Positions 49,501-50,666 of a stretch of 50,666 nucleotides of DNA are shown one piece after another; within the stretch, counting starts at the first letter, position 1; every line of letters begins with the position of its first letter. The translations under genes were made by a program, and so were the position numbers. Location of the stretch: assembly GCA_000320545.1 (NCBI GenBank), contig ADNK01002760.1, positions 1 to 50,666 on the forward strand. Direction: 5' to 3'. The notes beneath the pieces were generated by a model. It was not told where the DNA came from and ran no database searches. It was given only the letters and a program-made list of their open reading frames with translations. The stretch is from Bigelowiella natans CCMP2755 (Eukaryota; Protista; Cercozoa).

Positions 49501-50615
49501 GTTATCTGTCGGATGGTCTTGCCGGGGTTCTTCTTCCGTAGCTCGGTAGGTGTAGGTAGCTTGTTGTCCGCTAGGTCCATAAACTCTAACGCATTAACGC
49601 TTGACTCAGAGGTCCACTCGTCAAGCCGTATCATGTTCTGGCTGATGGTCCTGCCTGACTTCTTTGGCAACTTAGCAAAGTATATCTTGTGATTGTAGAA
49701 TGATATGATCCCCCCTAATTTTTCTAGGGCATCCTGTCCGAGGAGTAGTTCCATGGATAAAGTCATGGCTACTCGGGTCTTGATTTGGGTCTCCGCGTCG
49801 CTGCCAGGTATCTGTAGCTTTAGCATTAGCTCACCGACGGTCTTCATGGAAGAGCTTCCGTCTGCTTGAGCATATTTACGTTCTTTCTTAGTCACTTGAT
49901 CCAATAGTCCTAACCTTCTTACTGTGCTTAGGCTTATGAAGGACTTCGGCATGCTGCCACTATCCCAAAGGGCAGGTAGTTTCTTGTAGTCTCCGTAGCT
50001 GTCTTTAACTTTAACCTTGGTCATAGCAACTTTGATAGTCCTGTTAGCGTCTTCGTCATTAATGTTGCATACTCCTAAGTTCTTTATGTCGTCTAGGGTC
50101 ATGGGCTTGTCTTGGTCCTGCGTTGCTGGTACTGCTGTCTTCGTCGGCGCCTGCTTAAGGTGATCTAATATTCCGTTTATCTGCTGCTGTATAGCATTGA
50201 TACTGTTCTGCTTTTTGTTCTTATATTTATTGTTCTTCCCGTTGTTGCTGCCTTGCCATTTGCTGTTGTTATATCCTTGTCCTCTGCCTTTCTTTCTCTT
50301 TAACTTCTCGTAGTGTTCGTTGAGCTGCCTGATCGTCATCCTGGGTCGTCCTTCTTTCCTGTCTCTGCAGTCTTTAGCGGTGTGTTTCCCTTTACGTGAG
50401 CAGTATCCGCAACGTCGGTTACCTTCCCTGTCCTTGTACCAGTCTCGCTGCGGCTTAATAGCGTTAATGTTTCCTATGCCAGGTACCTTAGGGCTGGTAA
50501 ACTTGCGGTCCTGCTCCTGCTCGCGTAGGGATATAGCCTGCACTGCTGCCTCCATCGTGGTGTAGCCTTTCTCCGTAACGTAAGTGGATCCTTTATCTTT
50601 ACTTGAACTCTTCAA
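46545..50615 (-). CDS. pol: Gag(C-terminus)-Pol polyprotein with a C-terminal adenine-methyltransferase-like extension
   Basis: Zinc knuckle CGYCSRKGKHTAKDC, protease ALWDSGS, RT FPYGL...YVDD, RNase H WTDWS...TDHKPL...ADYFSR, integrase H-x3-H...QID...VDN...SNSKVERLHRTL, an SH3/GPY-F-like region, then about 130 extra residues. Confidence 0.92.
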   Translation of the reverse strand: MKSSSKDKGSTYVTEKGYTTMEAAVQAISLREQEQDRKFTSPKVPGIGNINAIKPQRDWYKDREGNRRCGYCSRKGKHTAKDCRDRKEGRPRMTIRQLNEHYEKLKRKKGRGQGYNNSKWQGSNNGKNNKYKNKKQNSINAIQQQINGILDHLKQAPTKTAVPATQDQDKPMTLDDIKNLGVCNINDEDANRTIKVAMTKVKVKDSYGDYKKLPALWDSGSMPKSFISLSTVRRLGLLDQVTKKERKYAQADGSSSMKTVGELMLKLQIPGSDAETQIKTRVAMTLSMELLLGQDALEKLGGIISFYNHKIYFAKLPKKSGRTISQNMIRLDEWTSESSVNALEFMDLADNKLPTPTELRKKNPGKTIRQITELLDKTPPADDWDIDKGKKYINKILNEKYSDITKPTTKPSSKLTPVKIELKKGYEECIINDPEHRRPEADWEKIEWQINEWAKEGKIEPSNSPWNVRHVLAKKPTYPFFRLAHNFIRHNRVIKRIQTPTPRIDDVIEHVIGYKYYSSLDKNESYMQTPIHKTSRPITAFSSRHRKWHFVVFPYGLSISGDAFSSQNYRAYTHDGMASVLWVFVFVYVDDDIICTNTVVAQIFLLENIFIRFAHFGFTIRLQKCTFLATRIKWCGYYLEQGRITPNPEKVAALQQAPKPKNAKELKSFLQTAAWILRRFSPTYARTAAAFTTAYRKENSVGLSFAKVWAKAGLDAHFDNLIKLCSNTLLNAKLDTTRPATLWTDWSKLGMAAVLTQDQQIIRVWGRACTAAEAKYSPTKGEYKAMTEAQRKLRYYLLSVPSFTLMTDHKPLLGIDRKLEAPNDEYAAMRADTEEFRDKRTVVYAPGDKQLADYFSRLFEKKVPTQVTPMVNAITFEDGDFLPEPEELQHLQEHLDKYKHKHEVLSDRIYVYTNNVRRTYVPRRTRGALLFTAHGPAHVGENHITALLYHYYWPYKLKEIRTYLRGCRCSSLKAAGVATKESSKSRASKKIKARNFLDIVQIDVYKYDGYHYLTFVDVATGKCWVKKIIKVNVAKKNKGLYKQRLTNCYRTWESELQAIPDEVSINKIPKKLHVDNETSLLQLPHPNIDASPVYYAQSNSKVERLHRTLANLSRINSTTPDKIQGLVNDTFTSGGGIKDKEREEGDDNDDDTESEDEKVPYDGRVLKEGQYVRAKVNLRSRNKQDPFWGGVAKVTERKGRKQYYIYDGNRVTLRHISHLKNYDIGEKLLEDVKVNPTVWERAMPCLGPRPKFDVEYGNNKVRVNDDWRMKIVYLGYPGLRNMERVAMKIKDGKYQLLYLAVPDLPFEHWYKVLGDLDAEGWYGHEPKDEGEFWVSDKGDKVREESITWWLVKFRKR

Positions 50616-50666
50616 ACCTTGGCCTGATCATCACCTGTGTTGTAATTAAAATCATGTAGTTCGTCC

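Larger units (their letters stand above)
46214..50666 (-). mobile_element. Ty3/gypsy-type LTR retrotransposon (5' part outside the window)
   Basis: Domain order zinc knuckle-PR-RT-RH-IN, followed by PPT and LTR. Confidence 0.93.

Noticed and set aside
47092-50565. Plus-strand ORFs antisense to pol (and to the ABCG, HSP20 and DUF389 genes)
   Set aside because: Shadow ORFs of real coding sequence.
1-50666. CRISPR arrays, rRNA or tRNA genes
   Set aside because: No regularly spaced repeat-spacer array and no recognisable structural RNA seen by eye; a tRNAscan/Infernal run would be needed to exclude small RNAs.

Overview
Eukaryotic nuclear DNA, probably from a protist or alga. It is intron-dense, with short exons, microsatellite-filled introns and degenerate splice sites; the organism cannot be fixed from sequence alone. 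Recognisable genes are an intronless small heat-shock protein, a Cys-rich type I membrane protein, an SLC35B/UAA nucleotide-sugar/PAPS transporter, a small mitochondrion-targeted protein, a DUF389 membrane protein, an EamA/DMT transporter, an internally deleted DAO-family FAD oxidoreductase and an ABCG half-transporter. The window ends inside a Ty3/gypsy LTR retrotransposon. Two signals stand out. (1) Most intergenic spacers have lost nearly all TpA dinucleotides except those in TAG/CTA context and are rich in TpG/CpA, while introns, exons and the young retroelement keep TpA. Local duplications show TA/TG and CA/TG swaps. This suggests a context-specific A:T->G:C hypermutation of non-transcribed DNA, the reverse of fungal RIP. 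(2) The retrotransposon Pol ends in a domain resembling the phage/DIRS-type DNA N6-adenine methyltransferase, with an altered catalytic motif. All exon structures and counts were worked out by eye.
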